The notes under the pieces: model-generated
Seen by the model: the letters and a program-made list of their open reading frames with translations, nothing else
The model's database searches: none
Told to the model about the DNA's origin: nothing
Assembly: GCA_964016885.1 (NCBI GenBank)
Contig: OZ024743.1
Coordinates: 364,436,001-364,500,000, forward strand
Direction: 5' to 3'
DNA from: Eledone cirrhosa
Taxonomy: Eukaryota
DNA: 64,000 bases
Made by a program: the position numbers and the translations under genes
In this document: positions 26,053 to 37,725 of the stretch, in pieces
How positions within the stretch are numbered: position 1 is the stretch's first letter
Layout: every line of letters starts with the position of its first letter

Positions 26053-28108
26053 TGAAATGGTCTAAGGGGGACTACTGCGCCAGTAGCCACCCCTGGAAGC
26101 GAGTAGAAGCGCCTTTGCAGTCGCTGCCTGCAGTAGATGTTCTGGTGGGGGAGAAGCAATCACCAGCACTCGTGGACATGGGTTGCACGACAACACTAGT
26201 GACCACGGAGGTGGTTAAAAAGTGGAGCGGGATGAGCAGTATAAGGGCAGTTGATGGCAGTGAGATTAGATGCAGAGGTTCCAGCGAGGTGTCGATGGTG
26301 GTACGGGGAAGAAAAATTAGGCTTCGACCAATCGTGATTAACCAGGTGGTGGATGGAATCGATGTAGTAATGGGCATGGATGCGATTGGCTGCCTTGGAG
26401 GTGTTACAGTGAGTGAAGTCGGGGTAACATTTGGTACCGAGAGGACATCATGTGCTGTGAGAATCCACAAAGAAAATACCTTACAGGACAAGGATTTCAG
26501 GGCAGTGATGTGTAGTTGAGTGGTACTGGAAGGGAGATCCACCAACGCTGAAGAATAGAATGGGCTGCTATCAGCATACCCTGAAAGGAAATGCCAGAAG
26601 CTAGTTTGAGGGAGAGGTACAGAGATGGATCGAGGAGGGTATACTGATTCCTTGGAAGGAGGAGGTAAAGTGTGGAGTGTTGCCGCTAATGGCAGTAGTG
26701 CAGCCCAAGAAGAACAAGGTTAGGCCAGTGTTGGACTTTCGTGAGCTGAATGAATGCGTGTCATGCCACACAGGCGGTGAGGTCACGGATGTTTGCGGGG
26801 AAACCTTGTGAGAGTGGAGACGAATGACAGGGGCCTCCACAATTGTCGACTTAAAGTCGGCATATCTGCAGTTACACATGGATGAGAAGCTGTAGAGATA
26901 TCAGCTGGTCAGGTATAAGGGCCAGACATACTGCCTGATCAGGCTTGGCTTCAACACTGCACCAAAAATCATGGCCACGGTCCTCAAGGCGATTCTGGGA
27001 AAAGCAGACAAGGTGAGGAGGGCCACCAACTCCTACATCGATGACATCTTGGTGGACGAGACAGTGGTGTCAGCATCAGAGGTCTCAGGCCACTTGGGAA
27101 GGTTCAGGCTGACCGTGAAACCACTGGAGGCGATGGAAAGAGGACGGCATGCAGCTATGTCAAGAGACGAGCAGACGGGGTGGGCTGGGGTGACAGAGAT
27201 CGAGAGAGGACAGTGGCCATGATACAGGAGATTGTGGAGAGGGTAAAGGCGGATGACCCAGTGAGAGGAAGCTGGTACGTCCCCAAATCGGAGAGCGGGA
27301 CCGTATGGTGTGATGCCAGCAGCATAGCATAGGGGTCACTCTGAAGAAAGGGGAGGGTTGAGGTCGATGACACAGCCTGGTTCAGGAAGAAAGAGGACTG
27401 CAACCACATCAACATGGCCGAACTGGATGCTGTGCTGAGAGGAGTGAATCTCGCCCTGAGATGGGGGCTGCACACTATAGAAATTCTCACTGACTCAGCC
27501 ACTGTACTTGGATGGGTGAGAGCAGTGCTTACCAGTGAGAAGAGGGTGCAAACGAGAGGAGCAACAGAAATGTTGATAAAGCGCTGCCTGGGAACTCTAG
27601 GAGAGCTGTCCACCGAGTTCGGCCTGGAGTTGAGTGTGGTTTTTGTACCTTCAGAGAAAAAGAGGGCAGACATTAACCAGGATAAAGATAGCCTGGCTGG
27701 AAACGCCAGAGAACGCAGAGAAGGGGATAGCGGCAGTGTGTCGGCTGAGTGATTCGGAGTTGAGGGGACTGCACGCCATGCACCACATGGGAGTGGATAG
27801 GACCCTGTTCCTAGCCAGAAGAATCGACTCTGATGTTAACAGACAGTGTCCAGAGAGTGGTCGGAAGTTGCAACAGATGCCAGTCTATCGATCCTGCCTC
27901 GGGTGTGCACGAGACAGGCAGCATCCCGATGGAGCACAACAGGAAGCGATTAGCGGTGGACATGACACACTACCAACAAGGAACGTATCTTTCAATGGTC
28001 GATTGTGGGCCGGGACAGATGGTGATATGGAGGGAAATGAAGACAGGGACTGCGGAGGAAATCGCGCGGACGCTGAGAGAGATATTCTTGGAGCGAGGCC
28101 CTGTAGAT

Positions 28109-29104
28109 CAGTGGTCGCCAACCTTTCTAAAACCGAGGAACCCTCTAAATATTTTGAATTCTTCACGGAACCTATACAATACAAAACTTTTCAAAAAAAA
28201 ATAATAAATTTATTTATTTTAGTGAACTTACGTTGTGAGAACAGGGAGACCTCGCTGAACTGAAGTTTTCAGTTTAAAGTTATGCTGTCACCGACCAACA
28301 TTTACTTGTTTGTGATTGGTCAATTTCTAAGTTCAATTAGTGTATTATCAGTAGTAATCAAATTATTATCAAATTATTATCAATTTCTAAGTTCAATTAG
28401 TGTATTATCAGTAGTAATCAAATTCTCGGAATTCAGAAAACTATGTCTTTTCAAGTATAATAATAATGAAATTATTGTGTAAAGTGATCAGGTGCACTAC
28501 AACTCGTCAAAGGTGTATGTATAGTACAGAAAATAATACACAAATGTCAGAGAAGTGAATAGTGTATGAGTCATGGTATACATGTGTGTATGGAGGGGGA
28601 ACATTAGGTGTAGTGTTGGCGGATCTCGAGACACATGGAGGCCTTAAAGGATGCAGTGTCTCGACAGCTAACAACCGATGCAGGCAGTTTGTTCCATGCT
28701 TCAGCAACTCTGAGCGTGAAAAAATGTTTCCGAAAGTCATGGGAACTGTGCTGCTTTCTGACTTTGTGGGCATGCCCACGTGTGTTAGACACATGGAAAT
28801 CAAAACATGGACGTGAATTGATGTGAAATTGAAAGTATTCAATTTCCACGAATCTCAGAACAGTGTTTTTCTGCTAATTCAAGTGAGAAACTGAAAGTAG
28901 TGTTTTCCACGAATTGGAGTGGAGAACCTGTGTACACTACAATAGTACTCGTTCATTTATACATTGCACCTTTGTCATTTTCTTTGCACCTTTTTCAGAA
29001 AACCCAAAATATTAATGGTAATGTAAATATTTTTTTTTTTAAGGAACCCCGAGTTTGTTTTACGGAACCCCAAGGTTCCGCGGAACCCATGTTGGCGACC
29101 ACTG
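28109..29104. mobile_element. hAT-type non-autonomous DNA transposon nested in the Gypsy integrase
   Basis: Perfect 14-bp TIRs cagtggtcgccaac / gttggcgaccactg; subterminal ggttcc/ggaacc repeats; internal 44-bp duplication (28321, 28381). Confidence 0.9.
28456..28815 (-). mobile_element. CR1-type LINE 3' end nested in the hAT element
   Basis: NTRGHAHKVRKQHSSHDFRKHFFTLRVAEAWNKLPASVV..FK; (tta)n tail; absent from the 15.7-kb copy. Confidence 0.88.
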
Positions 29105-29685
29105 CTGATGGACAAGAGCACAGCGTTGAGGGAAATGCTTGATAAATGGAAGGTGAACCGCTTCTTCAGAGCGGCATACAGGCTGAGTGGAAATGGGATT
29201 GTGGAGAGACACCATTGCACGATCAAGGCCATGGCGGAAAGGGGGGCCATTTCGCCAATGGTGTAGTGTTCTGGTACAACATGTCTCCTCAGGTGGGACA
29301 GGCAGAGGAGTCAGTGCTGCAAAGGCAATATATAGATATGAATGGCGACACCGGTGCACGGTACCACAGCAGCCGGTGGAGAGAGAGCGCATTCGTACAA
29401 GTGGGTGAAGAGATATGGGTCAAGCTCCCGAACGCGCGTTGCACATCTCGAAAGGGAATGGCAACCGCCGTAAATTCCCAAAACAACATGTCTGGACAAA
29501 ATGCCACGTCACATCTTGGACATCCGTAGAGTCGTTGTTGTGACAGACTCCAAGGAAGAGGAAAACGAACGTGCACACCCAACAGTGCAGAGATCGCAAC
29601 CGAGCCGCCGCCAACCTACGTGGATGGCAGATTTTGTAATGGAGCAATGTGATGGGGGGGATTGATTCTTGAGATCAGGGGGGAG

Positions 29686-29939
29686 TGTGGAGCTGCCGTG
29701 AGATAGAGGGGGGGGTGTAGAGCTGCTGTGGGAGGGGGGTTGCCGGGTGTTGGGGGACACCTGACCAGGAGCAGGAGGACGAGGGTGACTCGAGAGATCA
29801 GGTCATGGACAGCCTCTCTTAGTTGTTGGCTCTGCAACGAGACGGGTGTGTGAAGACAGACGCTAGTGGAAGTACCCCATGTGGACAGTGGAACGAGTGA
29901 TAGAGAGACGCAAGGCAAGTCCGAATGCCTCCGGCTACA
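29686..29939 (+). repeat. 3' LTR
   Basis: Preceded by a polypurine tract; ends ...ggctaCA. Confidence 0.9.
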
Positions 29940-31449
29940 GTTGTTTAATGTGCTCTTCCCTTAAGACAATAGGACATGGTTTTAGTGAGATTTGGCTGGG
30001 ATTGTTTTGTTTCTCTTTCAATTGTCGTGTATAATACAACATAACCATAGCTTCTTTTATAAAATGTTGCACCGATCAAATAAAGAGAAAAAAAGCCCTG
30101 CAGAGAAACTACTGACCATCGTTGTTCGTTCGTTTTTTGTTGATCTTTATTCAGGCAAACAATAAGTACGAATCAACCATCGCTAATTGATCTTTAAAAT
30201 TAAGTTTTGAAATAATGAAATATAACCTCGCTGGAATTTCTTCGTAGTTGCTCGACTTGCTAGAAATAGCAGCCAATTAATGTGGAACCAACTAAGTTTT
30301 ATTTAAAGAATGTAAGTATTCAACAATAAAAGTAAAATAAACAGGACTTGTGATACACATTACTAACATTTTTAAATACAAAAAGGTTTAATAAAATTTA
30401 GACCTGTAGTGGATAAGTGGAATTCTTTGTATGGTAATTTTGATGAAAAGAATAATGGCATGATTGAGTTGTTAACAACGTTTATTTTATAATAACAATA
30501 TTCACTTTAAAGATCGAGTAATAATATTTATGACATGAATTACCCTACATTAAGTTGCTGACTAACTTCTACGAGTTAGCGTAAATGCATGTATCACAGA
30601 AAACGATATAGTAAAAGTTGTGTTGTATCTTACGGATACAATATGACAGGAAGAATAGGGTGAGCGTAGAATGTAAACAATATGAACTTACTATGTGTGT
30701 GTGTCTTACTATGTCTATGCTAAGAATACATTATTGTCGTAGTAGTAGTGGTCAATCTGTTAGGCAGGCATGGCTGGCTGTCTGGCTGTGTCTGTGGCCG
30801 AGAAGGTGACAACCAGTAAGGGCCAGGAGAGATAGAGTGAAAGGTCTGCTACATCGTGAACCTTAACACGGACTGCTTGCTTCGGTCTCTCTGCCCCTAG
30901 ATTCCTTAACTCCTTGTATTTATAATAGTGCTAAAGTTAGAAGGGTGTGTATATGAGGTTGATTTATGATCAGACATGTGGATATCGTCTCCCAGGAAGC
31001 TGGCATCAGAGGTCAAGTGGTATGAACGTTTATCATTGTTGACTTGACAGGACAATGGTGGGAAATGTATAATGGGTGGTCTCAGATGCGAGAAACCTCA
31101 GATTCGGTTTTGAATCTTCGCCAGTAAAACATAGGAGTATTCCGTTATAGACCGAATATAGATTTTTTTTTTAGACATATCCTGATATATATCACAATAG
31201 TTAAGTTTATTTTTGTCGATTACCATATGATGCAAGAGACACTACAGACACTGACAATGACATTTCTAATTCGTGGAAACTTTTCTTTGAAAGAAAAAAG
31301 TACTTTGACCTCATTACTACTACTGGATATACTCCAATATAAGTCAACTCCTATTTTATGTCTGAAATCTTTGAAGTTGGTGAAAATCAGCAAAATATTG
31401 ACTGCTTATATAAGTTGATCCAGTTTATCATAATTTTTTTTGAATCAAT

Positions 31450-32868
31450 CCTCATCATCGTTTTTATGTTTGCTTTTCCATGCTTGGACAGGTCCTTCTC
31501 AGCATAGCATCTCTACACTTGTCGCGTTCCTTTGTCATCTCCTCTGCCAGTCTTAGCGCTTTGAGGTCAGTTCTCACAACCTCTGCTGAAGTCTTTCTTG
31601 AACGTCTTCTACTGCAGCTTCCTTCCACTAGGATTTCTTGGCATTTCTTCACCAATCAGTCATTGTCCATGCGCACCACATGTCCATACCAACACAGTCT
31701 TCTCTCCTGCACATCACCTCAGATTCCTCAAACCCAGCTTTTCCCTCAGCTCGTCCAAGCTCTGCATTTCTCTCTCACTTAGATTGCACATCCAACCAAG
31801 CATGGTTGCTTCATTTCTCTCCAGTCTATACATGTCCTCAGCAGTGATAGCCCATGTTTCACTACCATGCAGGATAGCGCACTACCCACAAGTGTCGTAC
31901 AACCTTCCTTTTGTACATAGAGAGAAACCTTTTGTTGTCCACAGTGAGAGTTCTCTAAATTGTTTTCATCCTATCTGTATTCTAGCTATTATACTCTCGG
32001 CACTCCCTCCTCCACTGCTAATTAGGCCAGATAGCAGAAGCTATCAATCACGTCTATGGATCCTTCCTGTGAAAAGGTTTATATCATTGGCACTCCTCTC
32101 AATTACTCCTTGTCCATCTTCTGCATGCAAAGTTCTCCCTTCCTGTTAGTCTACTCGTTATCCCACTACATCTTTTCTGTACCCAAGATTTACATTGTGT
32201 ACATTGTATGGAGTTTATGCCTACTTCTTTTCTACATATTGAGCAGGGCCACTTCCCTGGCGAAATCTCGGTTCTATCTTTCCTACTCACTAGCACTTTA
32301 GTTTTGACTAAGTTTACTTTCAGACCTATTGATTCCAAATTCAGTTTCTATAAGCAGAATTAATTTTTTAGTTCTTTTTTTTGTTTCAGCTTTAAGGGCC
32401 AAACCATCTGCATAGAGAAGTTCCCATGGGCAACCCGTTGTAAACTTCTGTTATGGGCTGAAGAATTATGATGAACAGCAGTGGGCTAAGAACTGAACCT
32501 TGATGAACTACCTGTATTTTGAATTCCTCACTAAACTAATTTCCTAATCTCACATTACTGACAGCTCCTCTGTACATAGCTTGCACAGCTCTCACAAGTC
32601 ATTCTTCTATAAATTTCCCTAAGGACCACTAGATAATAGATCGAGGCACTCTGTCAAAGGCCTTCTCTAGTTTTGGGTTAGGAACTTCTCTTGCCTCATT
32701 AAGAAGAGGGTGCCTGTAGTACTTTTTCCAGGCATGAAACCAAACTGCATCTCATCTATTTTGACTCTTTCCCTAATTAGCTGCACTCTAACTGTCACTT
32801 TCATTAGTTTTATTCCTCTGTAGTTGCTCCTTTCTAGAGCATCACCTTTGCCCTTGTAGCAATTTATG
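31450..32868 (-). mobile_element. RTE RT region and 3' end (family A)
   Basis: NCYKGKGDALERSNYRGIK, QFGFMPG, EKAFDRVP, QGSVLSP, LYADG, KVNLVKTK, PHD-like Cys cluster, WYGHV. Confidence 0.9.
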
Positions 32869-34724
32869 TTTGTACTGTTGCGCCAGTTTTGGGTATGGCT
32901 CCATCATGTATTGTGATTTACTATTCACAGTTGTATAAATAACATTAAAATTATAATAAGACCCGTGGGGTGGGGTGGCTGTTACAGTGGGTGTGACCAT
33001 TCTCCAAGGTAACAGCTTTGCCATTTTGTCCGCAGGACGCGATTGGCGCGCTGCTCAAACTGGAGTGTAGTGACATTCCCTGTCCCTCTCCCTTTCTTTC
33101 GTCACTTGATCCTTTTTTCTTCTTCCCTTCCTGTTCCCTTTAGTAGTGTTTTGTTTTTATTAGCTACAGTGACGTTCGAGACGTTTGGGGGAGTTGGGCT
33201 GTTAACTGCGAGGTCTTCATTGGCGACTCGCTTAACCGAGGTAACTGGTGATGCTCGTGAAGGCGCTTAGCTGTTCCAGCACGTTAACCTCGTCATCACC
33301 CGAGGTAACGCTGCGAGCGTGCTGGCTTGCCTCAAAAATTATTAGAGGTTTTCTAGTGTTCCTCGCGATAACGTTATCTTTTGTTTTGACAGCGGTTCGT
33401 CAACCCCTTTCGCTTGCCTTTTGTTGTATGTGGTCCTAGATGTGTGTATTTCCTGCTTTTGTTTGTTTTTTTTTCTTTTTTCCTTTCCCATTTTTTTTCT
33501 TTTTATTTGTAATATGATGATGATGGATATTTTGACAAAATAAAGAAACATTACAATCTATAAACACATAAACAAACATCCACGAACGATTAAATTGATA
33601 TTTTTATAGAACTGTGAATAAAATATTATTTTAGAATTGGCCTAACAATAAAAAGAACATTTATAAACCAGAGCAAAATCCTATTCCTATTGAAGTGACA
33701 ATATAATCAACCAATCCGATTAATCCATTGAAATTGAAAGAGGAAAAAAAAAAAGCGAAAAACCTGGTTAACCACAAATATACACATTTACGAAAGAAAT
33801 CAAGAGAATAAATACATCTGGCCTGTATCACACGTTGGATACAGCCGTCATTTTCATCGTATTTTACTTTCACTTCAATATAGAAAGAAGTTAAACGTAT
33901 TTAAATCCGTATTTGTACTGTGCCAAATAATAACTAACATTTTTAAATCAGAACATTTAATACCAAATAACTACAACCAATTATATTAGTTGAATGCGAT
34001 GATTTCGAACGCGATGCTTAACTGATGTAAATAATAGCTATTGCGTTCTGGAATTGTCTTTAGTGAAGGAATGAAAGGAAAAATTATGAAATAACTACAA
34101 GACTAAACGGGAATGAAGCTAAATCTTTTCATCGCTACTCAGTGTTTTGACTATTCATGTCTTCGCCTTTCATCCTTACGGGGTCGATAAAATAAAGTAC
34201 CAGTAATGCACTGGGTAATTGCTGGCCTTGTGCCTAAAGTAGAAACAATTATTTATTCTTTATCATATTGCACAAACAACATTACAAATCGTTTGCAATT
34301 CCTTCAGAATGAAAATATAAACAGAGTATATAAATAAATTTACAGTAGAATAACATAACAAATATGTTTTTAAATATATACATAAATAACATTACAAATG
34401 CTTAACGGTAACACTATAAAGGATGATACAATGAAAGATATATTCTTTTAATGTTACAATATTAAAGAAAATGTAAAGGAAGGGGTGAACAACGGAGCCA
34501 ACACCAGAGCAACATTACAGTTTATCGTTGAATTGATAAGTGGTACCGCAAAACCGTACGAAATAAACAAAACATTCGTTTACAATAAATATGTAGTAGC
34601 ATTTTTTGTATATTGAGTACTTTTTCAGCTACTCTTTACCTTACGGTTCGAAAAAGAATTTTCTCGAAAATAATATACGGTTCGATTCAGTGTGTATACA
34701 CCAACAGATTGCAAGAAAATACGC

Positions 34725-34965
34725 ATTCAGCGCTCCAATCATGACTGCCCATCTCAAAATTAATGGCGCTAGAGCCGTGTTCATCCACCTTCGAAATTGA
34801 CGGCGCTCTCACCGTAATCATCCTATGTTTTCGACAGCAACCGTAGCCATCCAATGGGTGGGTTTTTTTTTCAAAAGCGTTCTAACAGCGACCATCAAGT
34901 CTTTTCAAAGCGTTCTAACAGCGACCATCAAGTCTTTTCAAAGCGTTCTAATCGTGTCCATGCAG
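34725..34965. repeat. Tandem array: 33-bp near-perfect units (34875-34960) preceded by degenerate 33-38 bp units
   Basis: aagcgttctaacagcgaccatcaagtcttttca at 34875 and 34908, partial at 34941; the related core ggcgct....ccgt...catcc occurs upstream. Confidence 0.7.
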
Positions 34966-36341
34966 TATTTCGTTAAAAACTCATCAATCATGTTTGGAAA
35001 ATAGAGAAGGGGTACATTCTAATTTCTTTGAGAGAGACTAAGCGTGTATTGAACAGTGATTGGAATTTTATTGTAGTCTCAGCTTGCTAATAGCGTAACC
35101 TCTTGTTCTACGACACTCTAAATGCATCTTTCGATAAGATAACAGTAATATTTACCATTTTCAATGTCAACATGTCACAATATATTCAATATATCTGGTG
35201 CTGTACCAGATGATGCTCTCCCACGAGAAGATCCTACACACAATTGAAAATGCGTAAACGATGTGATGGTCACGTTTGCAACGAAAAAGGGGGAGGCGCA
35301 ATTCTTGACAGATTGTATTTTCGAAAAGAAATTCTACTTTGAACTGCAAAGAACATATTGCTCTTTGAAATGTGTGCTTTATATTGTGCATTCTTATGAT
35401 ATATAGTCCTTTCTCTCTATATATATTATATAGATATATTTTACATTTAAATATATATAATATATATATATAGTGCGTGCGCGCGCGCGTGTGTTTCTCA
35501 ATACAAATACACACATCCATGTACAAAGAGATAATATGAGAGTATGAAAATATAAAAATCCACATAATCATTACAGAATTTTAAAATGTGCCAAAGAATA
35601 AAAGAAAATAAGGTAACGATTTAAAATGAACATATTTGAATTTTTCAAAAAACATATTTCTTCAATATCATCTCCATCAAAATGATATATTTACCAACTC
35701 AGGTAATAAATGAATATAAATATTGAAGAGAATAAAAGGTTGATGGTCACTTAATTTTAAAATTATATATTCATAAAACTAAATATTCTAAAATTGAAAA
35801 TATCTGCATATCTAAATGTGTATATGTATGAGAAAAAGAAATCAATTTCTTTTAGTTTTCCGTCATATTAGAAAAAGAAATCCGTGACTGCTTTGTTTTT
35901 ATTCGCATATCTATAAACGAAATATTGTTACATTTTCTCTGCTTTGTTTGGCTGGTGATAAGAAAAATTGAATATACTAACCTTCATAAAAATAACAAAT
36001 GAATAAATACAGGCAAGACAATGGCTGTGGAGACGAAGAATTAGTCCAACGCTTTGCTTGATATCTTCTAACAGGTGTAGCAACGTAAAAATGATATAAT
36101 TTCCACTGAACTTTATCAGATAATACTATTGACAGCAAGGGAAATGTGAATAGTCTGCCCTTGAGCAAACGAAAGTTTATATATTCATGTATGAATGCTA
36201 GAGGGCGTCACATATCAACATAGCTGATTTACGTATATATATATATATATATATATAAGAAAAGGTATATTTAATTTGTTGGTAATTCAACAAATATATT
36301 TATAACAGATTCGAAGCACTCGACAAGTTTTCTGGAGTATA

Positions 36342-36687
36342 ATATCAATGATATTAATAAATGAAAACTATATTTATAAAACCATATTTATTCTATTATA
36401 TATATTTTAAGGGTACCAAATTTTGGTACGCACTCATCAGATAAAATACAAAGTTTGTTTTATAAATACTGACATATCCATAAATGAGACCTTAACGGTT
36501 CGAGTTTCACCTGGATAGGTGAAACTCGAACCGTTAAGGTCTCATTCCTGGATATGTCAGTATTTATAAAACAAACTTTGTATTTTATCTGATGAGTGCG
36601 TACCAAAATTTGGTACCCTTGAAATATATATAATAGAATAAATATGGTTTTATAAATATAGTATTCATTTATTAATATCATTGATAT
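36342..36687. repeat. 346-bp palindrome (171-bp arms, 4-nt loop ggat)
   Basis: Arms 36342-36512 and 36517-36687 are reverse complements with 4 mismatches and no indels. Confidence 0.97.
36581..36640 (+). ncRNA. Minimal type I hammerhead ribozyme motif
   Basis: tattttat-CTGATGA-gtgcgtacc aaaattt ggtaccctt-GAAA-tatata-TA-atagaata. Stem I tattttat/atagaata, stem II gtacc/ggtac, palindromic stem III, predicted cleavage after AUA (36632). Confidence 0.7.
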
Positions 36688-36692
36688 ATATA

Positions 36693-37709
36693 TCTACTAT
36701 ATAAATTGGAAGTGGTTGGACGTTGTATATGTAGGTGTAGTTGGATAAACGTCGAAACGGCTTGGTGGAATGCAACGAAAATTTACACAGTTATGCAGAA
36801 TGACCCGAGGAGGCGTTGGGTCGACTTTCAAGATACAAGCTTCCATGATTACGGAGAAAATCGATGAAACAGGAATTTCCCATTAAAATTGAACTGAGAG
36901 TAATCTGTGAACGCAGAAGTAAATATTTCGAGAAACGTTGCAACCGAAAGAAAACAGGAAGACGATATTTTGGTTCCTAAAGATGTTCCCTGGCAATGAA
37001 CGGAAAAAAATCGAGGATAATACGTCGTTATGTGGAGTGTCAAGAACAATTTCATGCAAAGACAAGACCAAGTTTATGGTATAAATGGAGTCGTTAGACT
37101 AATATTCTATTTAAAATAACAGAATGATTTCCAGCCCCGGAGTTTAAGAATGATGTAAATAGAATTGAAAACGAAAATGACAGAGGTTATTAAAATAGTA
37201 AAAGTAAATAGTGAAGATTTAGGCCAGTACATACGTATGCCCCGACGGACATACACATACATATGCACACACAAATACATACGCACGCGCGCGCGCGCGT
37301 ATGTATAAACCTTATGCATTTCTACAGTATTTTCACCAGACTTAAGACATAGGTTATTTATGTACTCCGGATAGTCATGGGCACTTTCATTTTTCCAGAT
37401 ATTGATTATAGGGCCTCTCGGCAGATAACCCCCTTTAACCACTTCCTTGGAGTCGACTGAAGCACTGCAGTGCAATGCAACAAAACATCATAACTTCTGG
37501 AGTTCGCAACCGATTTTCACAGATGAATGTGAACTCTCAAAATTGGCACATATTGAGTAGGGGATCCCTGGGGGCAGGAACCCCCTTTTGGAAAAAGCCG
37601 ATGATTTTGTAAAAGTATAGTTTTCGAAGCAGCACTTAAGTATTGACATAAATGGTATACACAACTACTATTTAATACCTGAGCAACGCCGGCCGGGTAC
37701 CTCTGCTAG
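36693..37709 (+). mobile_element. Non-autonomous Helitron
   Basis: A|TCTACTATATAAA 5' end; 3' GC-rich hairpin-like cctgagcaacgccggccgggtac and CTAG|T terminus; no TSD. Confidence 0.78.
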
Positions 37710-37725
37710 TATATATATATATATA

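Larger units (their letters stand above)
26043..29600 (+). pseudogene. Gypsy pol (PR-RT-RNaseH-IN), many stops and frameshifts, integrase split by an insertion
   Basis: PR ALVDMGC; RT RPVLDFRELN, VDLKSAYLQL, YIDDIL; RH WCDAS, AELDAV, ILTDS; IN H...HMG, CNRC, LAVDMT, and GIVERHH after the insertion. Confidence 0.9.
24940..29939 (+). mobile_element. Ty3/Gypsy LTR retrotransposon, near full length, inactivated
   Basis: LTRs 24940-25217 and 29686-29939 (TG...CA); PPT aggggggag before the 3' LTR; 5-bp TSD gttgc/gttgt; domain order gag-PR-RT-RH-IN. Confidence 0.95.

Noticed and set aside
35167-36168. Minus-strand ORFs 35167-35571 and 35977-36168 as possible exons
   Set aside because: Partly microsatellite-derived, no recognisable homology, and no consistent splice phase could be established.
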